Positions 9,521-19,573 of a stretch of DNA of 64,000 bases are shown one piece after another (within the stretch, counting starts at the first letter, position 1; each line of letters starts with the position of its first letter). Made by a program: the position numbers and the translations under genes. A model generated the notes under the pieces. It was given only the letters and a program-made list of their open reading frames with translations. It did not search any database and was not told the origin of the DNA. This DNA comes from Acidobacteriota bacterium. GTDB taxonomy: Bacteria; Acidobacteriota; UBA6911; RPQK01; JAJDTT01. The DNA lies in assembly GCA_965263035.1 (NCBI GenBank), contig OZ253580.1, positions 4,928,001-4,992,000 on the forward strand, given 5' to 3'.

Positions 9521-10252
9521 ATGAGCATTCGTCATCGAATCGGATTGATGGTCCCCTCTACCAACACCACCTGCGAGGGGGACTACCAACTGGTGGCCCC
9601 CAGGTCCATGACCGTCCACGGCCAGAGGCTCTGGCTGACCAACGACTCCATGGGCGAAGACGGCATGGAGCGGATGAACACGGACATCGAGAGCGGTTCC
9701 CGCTACCTGGCCACGGCCCGGGTGGACGCCATCGTCTACGCCTGCACCACGGGAAGTTTCTTCAAGGGCGCCGGCTGGGACCGGGAAATGCTCGCTCTCA
9801 TCGAGCGAACGGCGAAGGTTCCCGCCATCGGCACCAGTCCGGCCGTGGTCGAGGCGCTACGCTTTATGGGCGCCCGCAAGATATCCGTGGCCACCCCCTA
9901 CCCGGATTGGAGCAACCGGAGGCTCCGCACCTACCTGGAGACCGCCGGCTTCACCGTCCTCAACGTGGAGGGCGAGCCGGTGGCGGTGGGCGCCGGCCAG
10001 CAGGGCATCAACGATCAGGACCCCGAGTCGGTGGTGAGGTTCGCCTCCCAGGTCTGCCGGCCCGAGGCCGATCTGCTCTTCTGTTCCTGCACGGCTTGGC
10101 GGTCCGTGGAGGTGGTGGAGGAACTGGAACGAATAACGGGCCGTCCCGTGGTGACCTCCAACCAGTCCACGATCTGGGCCAGCTTCCGGAAGCTGGGGCT
10201 GACCCGGCCCATCGAAGGATTTGGCAGCCTGCTCCGGCGGATGGACCCCTGA
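9521..10252 (+). CDS. maleate isomerase / arylmalonate decarboxylase-like Asp/Glu racemase family protein
   Basis: IGLMVPSTNTTCE, YACTTGS, CSCT, PVVTSNQ. Confidence 0.88.
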   Translation: MSIRHRIGLMVPSTNTTCEGDYQLVAPRSMTVHGQRLWLTNDSMGEDGMERMNTDIESGSRYLATARVDAIVYACTTGSFFKGAGWDREMLALIERTAKVPAIGTSPAVVEALRFMGARKISVATPYPDWSNRRLRTYLETAGFTVLNVEGEPVAVGAGQQGINDQDPESVVRFASQVCRPEADLLFCSCTAWRSVEVVEELERITGRPVVTSNQSTIWASFRKLGLTRPIEGFGSLLRRMDP

Positions 10253-10331
10253 GTCGGGCGCACGGCCTGACCGCCCGACGCCTGCTCAGATCCGTTTTCG
10301 GCAGCGAACCTTTCCGTATACCCTGGAGCCC

Positions 10332-11453
10332 ATGAGAATCGATTCCATAGAAGTGGTCCACGTGGCCATGCCCCTCATTTATCCTTGGAGGACCGCCTAC
10401 GGCGAGGACTCTGCCGTTCAATCGGTCCTGATCCGGATGGAGTCGAAGGGACTGGCGGCCTGGAGCGAGGCGACTCCACTGGCCGCACCCCAATACCTGC
10501 CGGAGTGGGCGGGAGGCGTCTTCGCCTGTATCCGGGACTGGTTGGCGCCGGCCCTGGTGGGGCAAGAGATCGCCAGCGGAGACGAACTTCAATCCCGGCT
10601 CTCCTTCGTCAAGGGAAACTCGTTCGCCAAGGGCGGCCTGGACAGCGCCTGGTGGGTGCTGGAGGCCATGAGGCGGGAGATTCCTCTTTACCGGTTCCTG
10701 GGAGGGCGGCGGTCCCAGGTCGACGTGGGGGCCGACTACGGAATCATGGACTCGGTGGACGATTTGCTGGAGGCCATCGGCCGGGGCGTGGAGGCGGGTT
10801 TCAAACGGACCAAGCTGAAGTACGGGCCGGGATGGGATCTGCCCGTCCTGAAGGAGGTCCGGAAGAACTTTCCCGATCACACCTTTCACATCGACTGCAA
10901 CAGCGGCTACCGGCTGTCCGACCTGGAGATGTTCCGGGAGATCGACCGACTGGGCTTGGCCATGATCGAGCAGCCGCTGCAGTACAACGACTTGGCGGAC
11001 CACGCCCGGCTCCAGAAGGAGTTGCGAACGCCCGTCTGCCTGGATGAGAGCGTGACCTCCCCCGACAAGGCCCGGAAGGCCATCGAAATGGGGAGTTGCC
11101 AGATCGTCAACATCAAGACCTGCCGGGTCGGAGGACTGACGCCGGCCCTCCAGATCCACGACCGGTGCCGCCAGGCTGGGATCCCCTGCTGGATCGGGTC
11201 CATGTTGGAAAGCGCCGTGGGCGCCCGGGTCAATCTGGCTCTGGCCACGTTGGAGAACTTCACCTACCCGGCCGACCTCTTCCCCACCAGCCGTTTCTAC
11301 CGGAAGGATCTGGCCCGGCCCGAGGTGTTTCTGGATCGGGGTCCGTCGGGCGAGCCTGTGATGAGCCTTTCGGAGGAACCGGGCCACGGAACCGAGCCGG
11401 ACCCGGGGATGCTGGAGGAGTGCACGGTCGCCCGCAGCCGGATCTCCGCCTGA
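10332..11453 (+). CDS. menC: o-succinylbenzoate synthase / N-acylamino acid racemase (enolase superfamily)
   Basis: KLK, DCN, EQP, DES, NIK..RVGG, GSMLES motifs. Confidence 0.75.
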   Translation: MRIDSIEVVHVAMPLIYPWRTAYGEDSAVQSVLIRMESKGLAAWSEATPLAAPQYLPEWAGGVFACIRDWLAPALVGQEIASGDELQSRLSFVKGNSFAKGGLDSAWWVLEAMRREIPLYRFLGGRRSQVDVGADYGIMDSVDDLLEAIGRGVEAGFKRTKLKYGPGWDLPVLKEVRKNFPDHTFHIDCNSGYRLSDLEMFREIDRLGLAMIEQPLQYNDLADHARLQKELRTPVCLDESVTSPDKARKAIEMGSCQIVNIKTCRVGGLTPALQIHDRCRQAGIPCWIGSMLESAVGARVNLALATLENFTYPADLFPTSRFYRKDLARPEVFLDRGPSGEPVMSLSEEPGHGTEPDPGMLEECTVARSRISA

Positions 11454-11516
11454 CTCAGGGGCCAGGGAATTCACAAGACCGCCCGATCCACACCCTGCTC
11501 TCGAAGTGCAGGCCGT

Positions 11517-13403
11517 TCACGGCAGGGCAAAGGCGACGAGCTTGCCGCCGAACACCTTGTTGTACTTGTTCCCCCCGCCGGCGGCGATGACGACGAACTG
11601 CTTGCCGGTCTTGGGTCCCACATAGGTCATGGGCGTGGCGTGGCCGCTGGCCGGCAGCCGCCGGACCCAGACCTCCTCGCCCGATTTCTTGTCGAAGGCG
11701 CGGATGCGGCTGTCGTTGGTGGCGGCGATGAAGACCAGGCCGCCGGCCGTCACGATGGGGCCGCCCAGACTGGGGGTCCCGGTCTTGGGGACGCCCCGCC
11801 GCGTCAGTTCGTCGAACTCTCCCAGGATGGACTGCCAGCGGAATTCTCCCGTGTTCAGATCGATGGCGGTCAACGAGCCCCATGGGGGCTTCTGGCAGGG
11901 ATACTGGTTGGAATCCCAGAAGCGTCCATACTTGGTGCCCCGGGCCCGGAATGGGACCTTGGATCCCTCGGGCCGGCTCACCATCCGGACGAAGGCGCCC
12001 ACGTCCATGGAGTTGATGTAGAGCACCTGGGACTCGGGGTCGAACGCCGCCCCGCCCCAGTTGGAGCCGCCGTTGGTCCCCGGAAACATGACGGTCAGCT
12101 GCCGGCCGATGGGCCGAAAGAGGGGGCCCTCCACATAGGCGTCCTTGACCATTTCCAGGCACTCGGCCCGAGACTCGGGAGTGACGTCGGTGATCTCGTC
12201 CCGGGTCATGGCTTGGCGGACGAAGGGGGGCGGCTTGACCGGGACGGGTTGGGTGGGGGAGTAGTACTCGCTGGGAATGTTCCCCTGGGGCACCGGCTGT
12301 TCCTGGACTTCGAAGAGGGGCTTACCCGTCTCCCGGTGGAGCAGGAAGACGAATCCGGTCTTGGTGGTCTGGGCCACGGCCGGAACCGGCTTCCCGTCGC
12401 GCCGCACCGTGACCAGGGATGGCTGCGAGGGCAGGTCCCAGTCCCAGAGGTCGTGGTGGATGGTCTGGAAGTGCCAGACTCGTTTACCGGTTCGGCAGTC
12501 CAGGGCAACGATGCTGTCGCTGAAGAGGTTGTCCCCCTTGCGGTCCCCTCCGTAGAAGTCGGTGCCGGGGGAGGTCAGGGGGACGAAGACCATCTGGCGC
12601 TCCTCGTCCACGCTCAGGTTGGACCAGGCATTGACCCCCGACCGGTCCTTCCACGAGTCCCCCTCCCAGGTGTCGTGGCCGAACTCTCCCGGACGGGGAA
12701 TGGAGTGGAAGCGCCAGACTCGGCGCCCGGTCCGGGCGTCGACGGCCTGGATGTCGCCGCTGGGCCCCTGGGGTTCGCCGTCGCTGACCCAGCTTCCCGC
12801 CACCAGCACGTTGCCGCAGGGGGCCACCGGTGAGCCCAGCCCGAACCGGAGATGACCGTAGTCGCCCATCATTCCCTGCTTCAGGTCCACCATCCCTGCG
12901 GTCCCGAATCCCGGGTCAGCCTTTCCGGTGGCGGTGTCCACGGAAAAGAGGCGCCCCAGCTGGTCCCCCAGAAAGATCCGTTTGGCCTTTCCGTCGGTCC
13001 AGTAGGCGACGCCGCGGCTCTTGTACATGTTCACCCGCTCGCTGCGGTCGAACTTGGGATCGAACTCCCAGAGCTTCTCTCCGGTGTCGGGATCGAGGGC
13101 CAGGAGACGATGAAAGACGGTGGAGACGTAGAGGACGCCGTCCACCATCAAGGGCGTGGTTTGGAAGGAGGAGAAGGTGGGCAGCTCGGAGCCGTCGCTG
13201 AAGTCACCCGTGTCGTGGACCCAGGCCTCCTTCAGGCGGCCGACGTTCTCGCGGTTGATCTGGTCCAGGGAGGAGTACTGCATCCCTCCCGGGTCCCCGC
13301 CGTAGGAGATCCATTCCCGATCCTGGGCGGGGAGGATTCCAGGAGCCGTCAGGATGACGAGAAGGCCAAGCCGGAAAGCGGGAAGAAAGCGTGCCGTCAA
13401 CAT
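11517..13403 (-). CDS. PQQ-dependent dehydrogenase (glucose/quinate type)
   Basis: W.SYGGDPGG..YS.L.QIN..NV..L, HHDLWDWD, GGSNWGG, KPPWG, ATPMTY. Confidence 0.9.
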   Translation of the reverse strand: MLTARFLPAFRLGLLVILTAPGILPAQDREWISYGGDPGGMQYSSLDQINRENVGRLKEAWVHDTGDFSDGSELPTFSSFQTTPLMVDGVLYVSTVFHRLLALDPDTGEKLWEFDPKFDRSERVNMYKSRGVAYWTDGKAKRIFLGDQLGRLFSVDTATGKADPGFGTAGMVDLKQGMMGDYGHLRFGLGSPVAPCGNVLVAGSWVSDGEPQGPSGDIQAVDARTGRRVWRFHSIPRPGEFGHDTWEGDSWKDRSGVNAWSNLSVDEERQMVFVPLTSPGTDFYGGDRKGDNLFSDSIVALDCRTGKRVWHFQTIHHDLWDWDLPSQPSLVTVRRDGKPVPAVAQTTKTGFVFLLHRETGKPLFEVQEQPVPQGNIPSEYYSPTQPVPVKPPPFVRQAMTRDEITDVTPESRAECLEMVKDAYVEGPLFRPIGRQLTVMFPGTNGGSNWGGAAFDPESQVLYINSMDVGAFVRMVSRPEGSKVPFRARGTKYGRFWDSNQYPCQKPPWGSLTAIDLNTGEFRWQSILGEFDELTRRGVPKTGTPSLGGPIVTAGGLVFIAATNDSRIRAFDKKSGEEVWVRRLPASGHATPMTYVGPKTGKQFVVIAAGGGNKYNKVFGGKLVAFALP

Positions 13404-13534
13404 CCGTTCCTCATAGCAGCGGGCCGAGACGGAAGTCAAGAAAACACAAGCCAAGACTTATTGTCTACTGCATTCAGGCAGCCTGGAGGCAGCATCTTGG
13501 TCTTCTGCCGCTGGTCGAGAGATAATCGTGCCAA

Positions 13535-13592
13535 TTGACAGGTCTACCGTTAATTGTCATGATAATCCGCGAAACAATTGTCAACTGTCATG
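13535..13592 (+). promoter_or_regulatory. putative sigma-70 promoter with repeated AAYTGTCA motifs
   Basis: TTGACA-17 nt-CATGAT; AATTGTCATGA, AATTGTCA and AACTGTCATGA repeats up to the start codon. Confidence 0.4.
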
Positions 13593-14789
13593 AATTCCAT
13601 AACCCATCCTCTGGTTCCTCGCTACCTGAACGTGATGGACATTCTGGAGCACCGCTCCTGTTTTCTGTTCGGTCCGCGTCAGACCGGCAAGACCACGCTG
13701 ATTCGTCAGCAATTCGCCGACTATCCCACCTACAGCTTACTCGACCAGATTCTGTTCGTCCGTCTCTCTCGCAATCCCGCGTTGATCCGTCAGGAGCTCG
13801 CTGCGGACACTTCCATCGTGGTCATCGACGAGATCCAGAAGATGCCCCAGTTGCTCAACGAGGTGCAGCTTATGATCCAGGAATCCGGTGTTCGGTTCCT
13901 TCTCACCGGATCAAGCGCCCGGAGTCTGCGCCGGAAGGGCGTCAATCTCCTGGGAGGCCGCGCCCGATCGCGGGCTTTGCATCCGTTCGTCCGGATTGAA
14001 CTCGGTGAATGGTTCGATCTGGACCGAACCCTGGAGTACGGTCTCCTGCCGCCGATCTATTTTTCCGATTCTCCCACTGAGGACCTGGCCGCTTATGCGG
14101 GCGACTATCTGAAGGAGGAGGTCGCAGCCGAGGCGATCGTCAGGAACATCGGCGCCTTCAGCCGGTTTCTGGAAACGGCGGGGCACGCGCATGGAGAGAT
14201 GATCAATTTCTCCTCCATGGCCAATGATTCTCAAGTGCCGGTATCCACCGTGCGCGAGTACTACGAGATCCTCAAAGACACGTTCATTGCCCACGAGGTG
14301 CCGGCATTGACCGAGAGCCGGAAGCGCAAGGCGATCTCTACCTCGAAGTACTACCTGTTCGACGTCGGACTCGCCCGTCATCTGCAGGGCCGGCGGGGAT
14401 TGGCGCCGGGAACCGCCGAATACGGCAGCGCGTTCGAAAGCTACATTTTCCAGGAGATCAAGGCCTTCTGTGACTACCATCGGCTCGAAACGCCCCGCTA
14501 CTGGCGATCGAAATCGCGATTCGAGGTGGATTTCGTTTTCGAGGATATAGCGGTGGAGACGAAGGCAAAGAAGAACGTGAGCGCGCGAGATCTCAAGGGA
14601 TTGCGAGCCCTGAGAGAGGAGAACCTGTTCAGCCGCTACCTGCTGGTTTCGATGGAGCCGGCACCCAGGGTGGTGGACGGCATTTCGATCCTGCCCTGGT
14701 CCGACTTTCTGGACCGGCTATGGGGAGGAGAATGGGTTCGGGTTAGTTCTGAACCGACTATTGGACGGCTCCAGGGCAAGGCCCCCTGA
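13590..14789 (+). CDS. AAA_14 ATPase with DUF4143 C-terminal domain
   Basis: GPRQTGKT Walker A, IDEIQK Walker B, TGSS, KYYLFDVG, EVDF...VETK. Confidence 0.88.
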   Translation: MNSITHPLVPRYLNVMDILEHRSCFLFGPRQTGKTTLIRQQFADYPTYSLLDQILFVRLSRNPALIRQELAADTSIVVIDEIQKMPQLLNEVQLMIQESGVRFLLTGSSARSLRRKGVNLLGGRARSRALHPFVRIELGEWFDLDRTLEYGLLPPIYFSDSPTEDLAAYAGDYLKEEVAAEAIVRNIGAFSRFLETAGHAHGEMINFSSMANDSQVPVSTVREYYEILKDTFIAHEVPALTESRKRKAISTSKYYLFDVGLARHLQGRRGLAPGTAEYGSAFESYIFQEIKAFCDYHRLETPRYWRSKSRFEVDFVFEDIAVETKAKKNVSARDLKGLRALREENLFSRYLLVSMEPAPRVVDGISILPWSDFLDRLWGGEWVRVSSEPTIGRLQGKAP

Positions 14790-14990
14790 ACGGATCACTT
14801 TCTTCGGTGCGCGGAGCGAGACCCACCGGTACTCGACTGGCATGGTACTTCGGCGGGCAGCGTTGGTCATACGGCAGCGCCACTGCACCCCCAACATCAA
14901 TTTCAGTCGAATGTCCTGACTGCTCCGTAGGGGTTATTCGGGGCAATCCGGCTGGCGGGCCCGCCGTGCCTGGAGTGTAAAAACCATCAG

Positions 14991-16739
14991 ATGAGACGCT
15001 CTGGACCGCCCCGTCAGAGGGGCGTTCGCTACGAACCTCCTGAGAAGCCTCCGCACCTGCTCTCCTTGGGACTCGGCCTTCAGCTCGTGATGCTGAATAT
15101 CAGCGGAATCGTGCTGATCCCGAAGATCATCATCGAAGCTGCGGGCACCGGTGAGATCTACCTCTCCTGGGCCGTGTTCGCAGGACTCTGTGTCTGCGGT
15201 CTGATCACCATCCTCCAGTCGATTCGTATCGGAAGGATGGGAGCGGGCTACATTCTCCTGATGGGGACCTCCGGCACCTTCGTCGCCGTGTCGATCACGG
15301 CCCTGACGGAGGGAGGGCCCGCTCTGTTGGCCACCTTGATCGTGGTCTCGTCCCTGTTCCAGTTCCTGTTGGGCTCGCGTCTCGTGCTGCTGCGCCGGGT
15401 GGTCACGCCGTTGGTGGCGGGGACGGTCATCATGCTGGTGGCCGTCACGATCATGTCCATCGCCTTCAACATGTTGGCCAAGCCGCCGGAAGGGGCCCCG
15501 TCGGCTGCCGCCCCCGTCAGCTTCGGAGTGACACTCGTCTCCATGGCGGGTCTTGTGCTCTTCGCGACGGGCGCATGGCGGCTCTGGGGGCCGGTTCTGG
15601 GCGTGATCGCGGGGTGCACCGTAGCGGCGTTCTACGGGATTTACGACACCGCCCGAGTCGCCGCCGCCCCTTGGTTCGGGCTGCCCGAAAGCGGCTGGCC
15701 CGGATTCGACCTGACGTTCGGCTCGTCATTCTGGGCGTTGCTGCCGGTTTTCGTGCTCGTGGTGGCCATCGATACCGTGAGGATCATTGGTGGCTCCATC
15801 AGCATCCAGCAGGTTTCCTGGCGGCAGCCTCGGGCGACCGATTTTCGATCGGTGCAGGGCACCATTGGGGCAAGCGGCTTGGCCAACCTTCTCTCCGGTC
15901 TGGTGGGAACGTTGCCCAATACGACCTACTCATCCAGCATCTCGGTGGCCGCGCTCACGGGTGTGGCCGCCCGCAACGTGGGGGTCTGCGTCGGGATCCT
16001 GATCATCGTCTTCTCCTTCTTCCCCAAAGTGACGGCGGTGATCCTGGCGATTCCCAATCCAGTGGTTGCGGGCTACCTCATCGTCCTCATCTCGCTCCTG
16101 TTCGTCGTGGGAACTCGGATCGTGGTCCGGGACGGGCTGGACAGCCGCAAGAGCATCGTGGTCGGCGTCGCGTTCTGGTTGGGGGTCGGTTTCCAGAACC
16201 GGCAGATCTTCTCGGACCACCTGGGAGACGCGGTGGCGTCGATCCTGGAAAACGGGATCGCAGCCGGTGGACTGGCCGCGATCGTGATGGCGATCGCCTT
16301 GGAAATGTCCAAGCCCCGGCGGCGAAAGATCAAGACAAAACTGGGAGTGGAGTCGTTGCCGGAGACCGACGAGTTCGTTCGGCGATTCGCCAAACAGAAG
16401 CGATGGAACGCGACTTCGACGGAACGGCTTCGGGCGGCGACGGAGGAAGCCATCTTGAGCTTGGTTCCGGACGAGACGGGCTCGGAGCCGGAAGACGCGC
16501 GGAACCTGGTTCTGTCGTTGGGAGGGGATGCCCGGAAAGCGGAGTTGGAGTTCATCGCCGCGGCCGGGGAGGGTAATCTCGAGGATCGGCTGGCGCTGTT
16601 GGGGCAGTGGGCGGAACAGACGAGCGATCGCGAGTTCTCGCTCCGGCTGCTGCGCCACTACGCCACCTCCGTGAGTCACCGGCAGTATCACGACACCGAC
16701 GTGGTCACGGTCCGTGTGGACGCGGACAAGGCGGCATGA
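14991..16739 (+). CDS. NCS2 (xanthine/uracil/ascorbate) permease with C-terminal HATPase_c-like extension, paralogue 1
   Basis: LGLQ...P, ITILQS.RIG..G, PLVAGTVI.L, PNTTYS...LTGVA, PK...I.AIP.PV; ~135-aa soluble C-terminal domain. Confidence 0.85.
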   Translation: MRRSGPPRQRGVRYEPPEKPPHLLSLGLGLQLVMLNISGIVLIPKIIIEAAGTGEIYLSWAVFAGLCVCGLITILQSIRIGRMGAGYILLMGTSGTFVAVSITALTEGGPALLATLIVVSSLFQFLLGSRLVLLRRVVTPLVAGTVIMLVAVTIMSIAFNMLAKPPEGAPSAAAPVSFGVTLVSMAGLVLFATGAWRLWGPVLGVIAGCTVAAFYGIYDTARVAAAPWFGLPESGWPGFDLTFGSSFWALLPVFVLVVAIDTVRIIGGSISIQQVSWRQPRATDFRSVQGTIGASGLANLLSGLVGTLPNTTYSSSISVAALTGVAARNVGVCVGILIIVFSFFPKVTAVILAIPNPVVAGYLIVLISLLFVVGTRIVVRDGLDSRKSIVVGVAFWLGVGFQNRQIFSDHLGDAVASILENGIAAGGLAAIVMAIALEMSKPRRRKIKTKLGVESLPETDEFVRRFAKQKRWNATSTERLRAATEEAILSLVPDETGSEPEDARNLVLSLGGDARKAELEFIAAAGEGNLEDRLALLGQWAEQTSDREFSLRLLRHYATSVSHRQYHDTDVVTVRVDADKAA

Positions 16740-16830
16740 TGCGCAGGTACACGGGCGGCCAGGGACTCGGTCAGCTCCCTTTTCGGAAACGAACCGGAAA
16801 CGCCAGGTATTGACAAACAGGGATTCAATT

Positions 16831-18591
16831 ATGAACTCATCCGCTCCAGCCCTTCAGAAAGAAATTCGTTACGAACCCGACGAGAGGCCCCCGAACCTGG
16901 TCTCCCTGGGACTCGGATTTCAGCTCGTCCTGCTCAGCATTGGCGGAATCGTGCTGACCCCGGCGATCATCATCCGCGCGGCCGGCGGTGAGGAGGCCTA
17001 CATGACCTGGGCGGTCTTCGCGGCGCTTTGCGTCTGCGGCCTGTCCACGATCCTCCAAGCCGTCCGCATCGGAAGGTTCGGTTCCGGCTACGTCCTCCTG
17101 ATGGGAACGTCCGGCGTCTTTATCGCTGTGTCGGTGACGGCGCTGACGGAAGGGGGGCCCGGCCTGCTGGCGACGCTGGTCGTCATCTCGTCCCTGTTCC
17201 AATTCGTTCTGGCGTCCCATCTGTCGTTGCTCCGGAGGGTGATCACGCCGTTGGTGGCGGGGACCGTGATCATGCTGATCTCGGTGACCATCATGCCCAT
17301 CGCATTCGCAATGGTGGCCAATGCCGCCGAAGGCGCGGCCGCCTCCGGCGCCCCGGCGAGCGCCGTAGCGACCCTCGTCTTCACGGCGGGTCTCGCCCTC
17401 TTCGCCAAGGGCAGTTTGCGGCTCTGGGCACCCGTTCTGGGCGTGACCGGGGGGTGTGTAGTCGCTTCGTTCTACGGCCTCTACGACGTCGCCCGAGTCG
17501 CCGAGGCTCCATGGTTCGGAATACCGATAAGCGGCTGGCCCGGCCTCGACCTGACGTTCGGCTCCTCATTCTGGGCCTTGCTCCCGGTCTTCGTTCTGGT
17601 GACGGTGGTGGGCGCCATCGAGACCGTCGGCGACGCCATCGGGATCCAGCAGGTTTCCTGGCGGAGCCCGCGGGCGACCGACTTTCGCGCGGTGCAGGGA
17701 GCCGTCGGCGCGGACGGCGTGGGCAACCTCCTGTCGGGTCTGATGGGAACCGTGCCCAACACGACCTACTCCTCCAGCGTCGCCGTCACCGAACTCACCG
17801 GCGTCGCCGCGCGCTCCGTCGGGGTCTGCATCGGTATCCTGTTCTTTTCCTTCGCCTTTCTCCCCAAAGTGACGGCGGCGATCCTGGCGATTCCGGACCC
17901 GGTCGTCGCGGCCTACATCCTGGTGCTGATGGCCGTCCTGTTCGTCCTGGGCATGAGGATCGTGGCTCAGGACGGTATCGACAGCCGCAAGAGCTTGGTG
18001 GTCGGCCTGTCATTCTGGTTGGGAGTCGGTTTCCAGAACCAGCAGATCTTCCCGGACTACATGGGCGGCACGTTGGCGACGATTCTGGGGAACGGCATGG
18101 CGGCCGGCGGGTTGGCCGCGATCGTGATGACGGTGGCTCTGGATCTGGCCAAGCCGCGGCGGCGGCGAGTCAAGGCGATGCTCAGCGTCGATTCACTGCC
18201 GGAGATCGACGGATTCATCTGCAAATTCGCGGGAGACAAGGGTTGGAGCGAGGCGTCGACGGAGCGGCTCCGGGCCGCGGCGGAGGAATCGGTCCTGAGT
18301 CTGATCCCGGATGAGGAGGCGTCGGAGGAGGAAGAAGCCCGGCACCTGTTGCTCTTGGTCCGGGGAGACGGCCGGGGGGTGGAGTTGGAGTTCATCGCTT
18401 CGGCCGTGGAGGGGAATCTCGAGGACCGGCTGGCGCTCCTGGGTCAATGGGCGAGGCGATCCGTCGACCGCGAGTTCTCGCTCCGGCTGCTCCGCCACTA
18501 CGCCAGGTCGGTGCGCCACCGGCAGTACCATGACACCGACGTGGTCACGGTGCGCGTCGAAGCGGATGCCCCGGCGAAGTCGGGGGATTGA
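16831..18591 (+). CDS. NCS2 permease with C-terminal HATPase_c-like extension, paralogue 2
   Basis: Full-length tandem paralogue of 14991-16739; IETVGD in TM8. Confidence 0.85.
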   Translation: MNSSAPALQKEIRYEPDERPPNLVSLGLGFQLVLLSIGGIVLTPAIIIRAAGGEEAYMTWAVFAALCVCGLSTILQAVRIGRFGSGYVLLMGTSGVFIAVSVTALTEGGPGLLATLVVISSLFQFVLASHLSLLRRVITPLVAGTVIMLISVTIMPIAFAMVANAAEGAAASGAPASAVATLVFTAGLALFAKGSLRLWAPVLGVTGGCVVASFYGLYDVARVAEAPWFGIPISGWPGLDLTFGSSFWALLPVFVLVTVVGAIETVGDAIGIQQVSWRSPRATDFRAVQGAVGADGVGNLLSGLMGTVPNTTYSSSVAVTELTGVAARSVGVCIGILFFSFAFLPKVTAAILAIPDPVVAAYILVLMAVLFVLGMRIVAQDGIDSRKSLVVGLSFWLGVGFQNQQIFPDYMGGTLATILGNGMAAGGLAAIVMTVALDLAKPRRRRVKAMLSVDSLPEIDGFICKFAGDKGWSEASTERLRAAAEESVLSLIPDEEASEEEEARHLLLLVRGDGRGVELEFIASAVEGNLEDRLALLGQWARRSVDREFSLRLLRHYARSVRHRQYHDTDVVTVRVEADAPAKSGD

Positions 18592-18760
18592 CGCGTCTCC
18601 AATAAAGCCCGGCGAAACCAGTCCCGAGCCGATGGGTTTTCGGGTGGTTCCTCAGACGATTCTCACGGCCTGTGAGGAATAGGTTTCCCATCGCGAAAAG
18701 TGCATCTCCTGCCTTTTTGGCCGCGAACGATCCCGATGGTATCGAGTGCCGGGGACGGCT

Positions 18761-18796
18761 GACATAATGGACATACTAGACATAATGAACATGTTA
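18761..18796 (+). promoter_or_regulatory. four tandem 9-bp direct repeats, putative operator
   Basis: GACATAATG GACATACTA GACATAATG AACATGTTA, 36 bp upstream of the HTH antitoxin. Confidence 0.6.
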
Positions 18797-18832
18797 GTTT
18801 TAGAATCTTCTCCGATAGTGGGGAGGTAACCG

Positions 18833-19396
18833 ATGAGTAGAACGACCGGACCGACGACGCAGGTCGACAAATTCCGCATTGAGGGTCTTGCGGGACTTTC
18901 TAAAGCCGCGGAAGACTTTCTTCACGGGCACCCACGGGAAGCCCGTATGGCCGTGAGTGTAGCCCTGGAAACTGCCGCCGCCCAACACGAGGCGTATGGG
19001 CATAGGGCCGTCGTTGAAGTGCCCAGTCAGCTTGAGCCGTTCATCGTTCACCGACCGAAGAGCCCGGACATGATCGGGGTTTCGGCAGCCGCCAATCTCC
19101 TGGAGGTGTCGCGCACCACGGTCTATGCGTGGGTGAAACACAAGACTCTGCTCGCCTGGAAGTCGACCAAGCGTGGTCTGACGATTCCTGCCGCGCAGAT
19201 CCTTGGCCCGGGGAAGGTAGTTCCGGGACTCGCCAGGGTCATGGGTATCATTGAAGTTCCCGAATTAGCTTGGGAATTTCTGACCCAGGAATGGCCTTTT
19301 TCCGACCGTGTCGCGCGTCCCCTTGAGGAATTGATGGCAGGGCGGATCGAGGATGTCGTAGATGCAGCTCACGGCTTCGGTGCGGACTTCACTTGA
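18833..19396 (+). CDS. HTH (excisionase/MerR-like) plus MbcA/ParS/Xre-type antitoxin
   Basis: VSAAANLLEVSRTTVYAWV HTH; C-terminal AWEFL......RPLEEL..GR...V..AA. Confidence 0.7.
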   Translation: MSRTTGPTTQVDKFRIEGLAGLSKAAEDFLHGHPREARMAVSVALETAAAQHEAYGHRAVVEVPSQLEPFIVHRPKSPDMIGVSAAANLLEVSRTTVYAWVKHKTLLAWKSTKRGLTIPAAQILGPGKVVPGLARVMGIIEVPELAWEFLTQEWPFSDRVARPLEELMAGRIEDVVDAAHGFGADFT

Positions 19397-19573
19397 ACCG
19401 ACCCGCCTATCCACGCGACCGGATCGAAGCTGTACTTGTCAGGACGGAACTTCCACTCTGCTATCGGTTCGTACCTCGTCGCTATGTGGCGTCACCAATG
19501 GGCACCGCAACGGCTGACTCCCGCTTCTGCTCCAAGACTGGCGTCTACACGATCGCCCTATGCCTCGCCCGAC
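19393..19573 (+). pseudogene. truncated RES-domain toxin
   Basis: Start overlaps the antitoxin stop (TTGA); YRFVP...PMG....SRF....YT resembles the RES N-terminus; similarity ends after ~55 codons. Confidence 0.55.

Noticed and set aside
14790-14990. Small ORFs between the DUF4143 ATPase and the permease
   Set aside because: No recognisable similarity or RBS; possibly a gene remnant but unsupported.
18761-18796. CRISPR array or replication iterons
   Set aside because: Only four 9-bp units with no spacers; no cas or rep gene.
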